DNA of 63,979 nucleotides, counting the filler, from Octopus bimaculoides (Eukaryota): NCBI RefSeq assembly GCF_001194135.2. It is 3 parts of 3 records of this genome, joined end to end, with 100 filler letters (N's around TTAATTAATTAA, not from the genome) between each part and the next. Parts side by side here need not be neighbours in the genome. Positions count along the whole stretch, not along the records: positions 39,602 to 63,979 come from NC_069003.1; 2 more parts are not named here. One strand, 5' to 3'. The position numbers and the translations under genes were made by a program. Positions 62,256-63,979 of the stretch are shown here, piece by piece. Numbering within the stretch: position 1 is the first letter of the stretch; each line of letters begins with the position of its first letter. A model generated the notes under the pieces. That model was given only the letters and a program-made list of their open reading frames with translations. It searched no databases and was not told where the DNA came from.

Positions 62256-62979
62256 GCCTATTAGTGTTCGGTATACAGAGCTTCCAACAGGTAGCACTTG
62301 CATCTATTTTACGTACAGTATTGTTTGTTTCAACTGGCTAAATAAGGCAACTACAGATTGCTTTAAGTATGCCTGTGTGTTGTTTATCTTTCTCTAATGT
62401 ATTTTCTGTGTTGTGAATATTGTGAAGGAATTGTAACGTAAAATTACTCCGAGTATTTTCATCTTTTGTGATGGTCAATTATACTTGATATTCTCTGGTG
62501 CTGCTAGTTAAAAAAAAAGACAAAGAAAGAAGAAAGACGGTAAATTTAGTTGTTGTTACTTTAGAACGTTAGCTTCCAAACCTCATTTTTTTTATAGTTT
62601 ATCCCAGAATTCCAGTTCGATATCTTAATTAATTTTGATATGAGCGCCATAGTATTTTTACACTGTATTATATGTAAAACAAGGCTGACCGATGAGTCAC
62701 GTGCGTCCTGCAAACATACCAACACGGCCCTCAGGTGGGCCGTGTGGGAGTTAAAATGTTTACTCTGTTGTTGTTCAGTAGTGTCTGAGGTGAAAGGTCG
62801 GTGTTTATGAGAATGTGCGTAGGCTTTACGGAGGCGTAGAAACATAATGGTATATTTAAAAAGAATGAACGAGACGACGGAAATGGTAGATTCTGGAAGA
62901 GTTTTTTTTTTTACAATACATATTCTTCACGATGCTACGGGTAGTTTACCAGCCTGCAATTTATGTTATTTTTTTATGG

Positions 62980-63340
62980 ATTAGCCAAGTATATACATAT
63001 ATTTTTTGCGTAGGTTGAGTCGAAATAATTTCTAATGTCGGTGTTGTTTGCTCAAACTATGTCTGTAGGAGGTCTTTTTGTTGTGGAAGCCATTATGAAT
63101 TCTCGAAATTAGATTGGTCAAGTGTTGTGTGATGGTTGACTATAGTGGTGTGAATCAGTGATGTGATTTGAAAGGGGAAATATGTGGGCTTGTGATACCG
63201 AGAATAAGTACCATCTGTGTATTGGTGTCGAGCCATTTAGCAATACACTTCCATACGATATTGTTGCCCTGTGCTCAAGCTCAAAACTATTGTTATAGGC
63301 GGGTGCTGGACGTTAGAATAGAACAGAGATATAGCAAAAC
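62980..63340 (-). mobile_element. Heavily decayed LINE RT N-terminal relic (I/Jockey-like)
   Basis: Frameshifted LTNLISRIHNGFHNKK and TDIRNYFDST resemble the LTNLT..I..GFN..K and DI.KAFDT RT motifs. Confidence 0.4.
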
Positions 63341-63390
63341 CGATGCACTTCAACCGAGGCCACCATGATCAGCAAAACCTCGGAACCCAT

Positions 63391-63810
63391 AGGCGTAGGA
63401 GTGGCTGTGTGGTAAGTAGCTTGCTTACGAACCACATGGTTCCGGGTTCAGTCCCATTGCCTGGCAGCTTGGGCAAGTGTCTTCTACTGTAGCGTCAGGC
63501 CGACCAAAGCCTTGCGAGTGGATTTGGTAGACGGAAACTGAAAGAAGCCCGTCATATATATGTATGTACATACATATATATATATGTATGTATATATGTG
63601 TGTGTGTTTGTGTGTCTGCGTTTGTCCCCCGAACATCGCTTGACAACTGATGTTGGTGTGTTTACGTCCCCTTAACCTAGCGGTTCCGCCAAAGAGACCG
63701 ATAGAATAAGTACTAGGCCTACAAAGAATAAGTCCTGAGGTCAATTTGCTTGACTAAAAGGTGGTGCTCCAGCATGGCCACAGTCAAATGACTGAAACAA
63801 GTAAAAGAGT
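63391..63810 (+). mobile_element. SINE family A, best-preserved full-length copy (tRNA head, CORE-like centre)
   Basis: A box tggctgtgtgg, B box gggttcagtccc, cttgggcaagtgtcttctact (resembles the CORE-SINE motif), internal (TA)/(TG), tail actgaaacaagtaaaagag. Confidence 0.9.
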
Positions 63811-63979
63811 ATATACAGAGATATACAAGATCATACTGAATAGTGGAGAACAAACATGTCGAGGTGTCAAACTGTACCTGTCCAAATAAGCAATTGCATA
63901 TTGGAATGAAGTTTCACAGTCCTCGATCTGGAAGGGGACAGGGATTTTCGCTGGTTTACTTTTTTGATTCACAATTAGA

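Overview
AT-rich, microsatellite-saturated animal genomic DNA. The SINE families and repeat style point to a cephalopod, probably Octopus (inferred from memory, not searched). About a fifth of the window is N gaps, mostly at (TA)n/(CA)n runs. Two artificial 100-bp spacers (N44-TTAATTAATTAA-N44) at 24821-24920 and 39502-39601 mean the three segments may not be truly adjacent. I recognised no intact host gene, tRNA, rRNA or CRISPR array; almost all long ORFs in the track are artefacts of gaps or simple repeats. The identifiable content is a transposon graveyard: a near-full-length decayed RTE LINE plus further RTE pieces, Penelope-like elements (PLEs) of two types, R4/Dong-like, Hero-like and CR1-like LINE fragments, a mariner derivative with two 5' ends, a Helentron-type non-autonomous element, a Chapaev-like transposase relic, and about 20 copies or fragments of three tRNA-derived SINE families. 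The strongest unexpected signal is a type I hammerhead ribozyme with an intact catalytic core and all three stems at 34607-34698, with decayed hammerheads at 32426-32471 and 13297-13338. Also notable are a (TAA)n-flanked non-coding element sitting against an R4/Dong LINE, and a fold-back junction of two PLE RT fragments.
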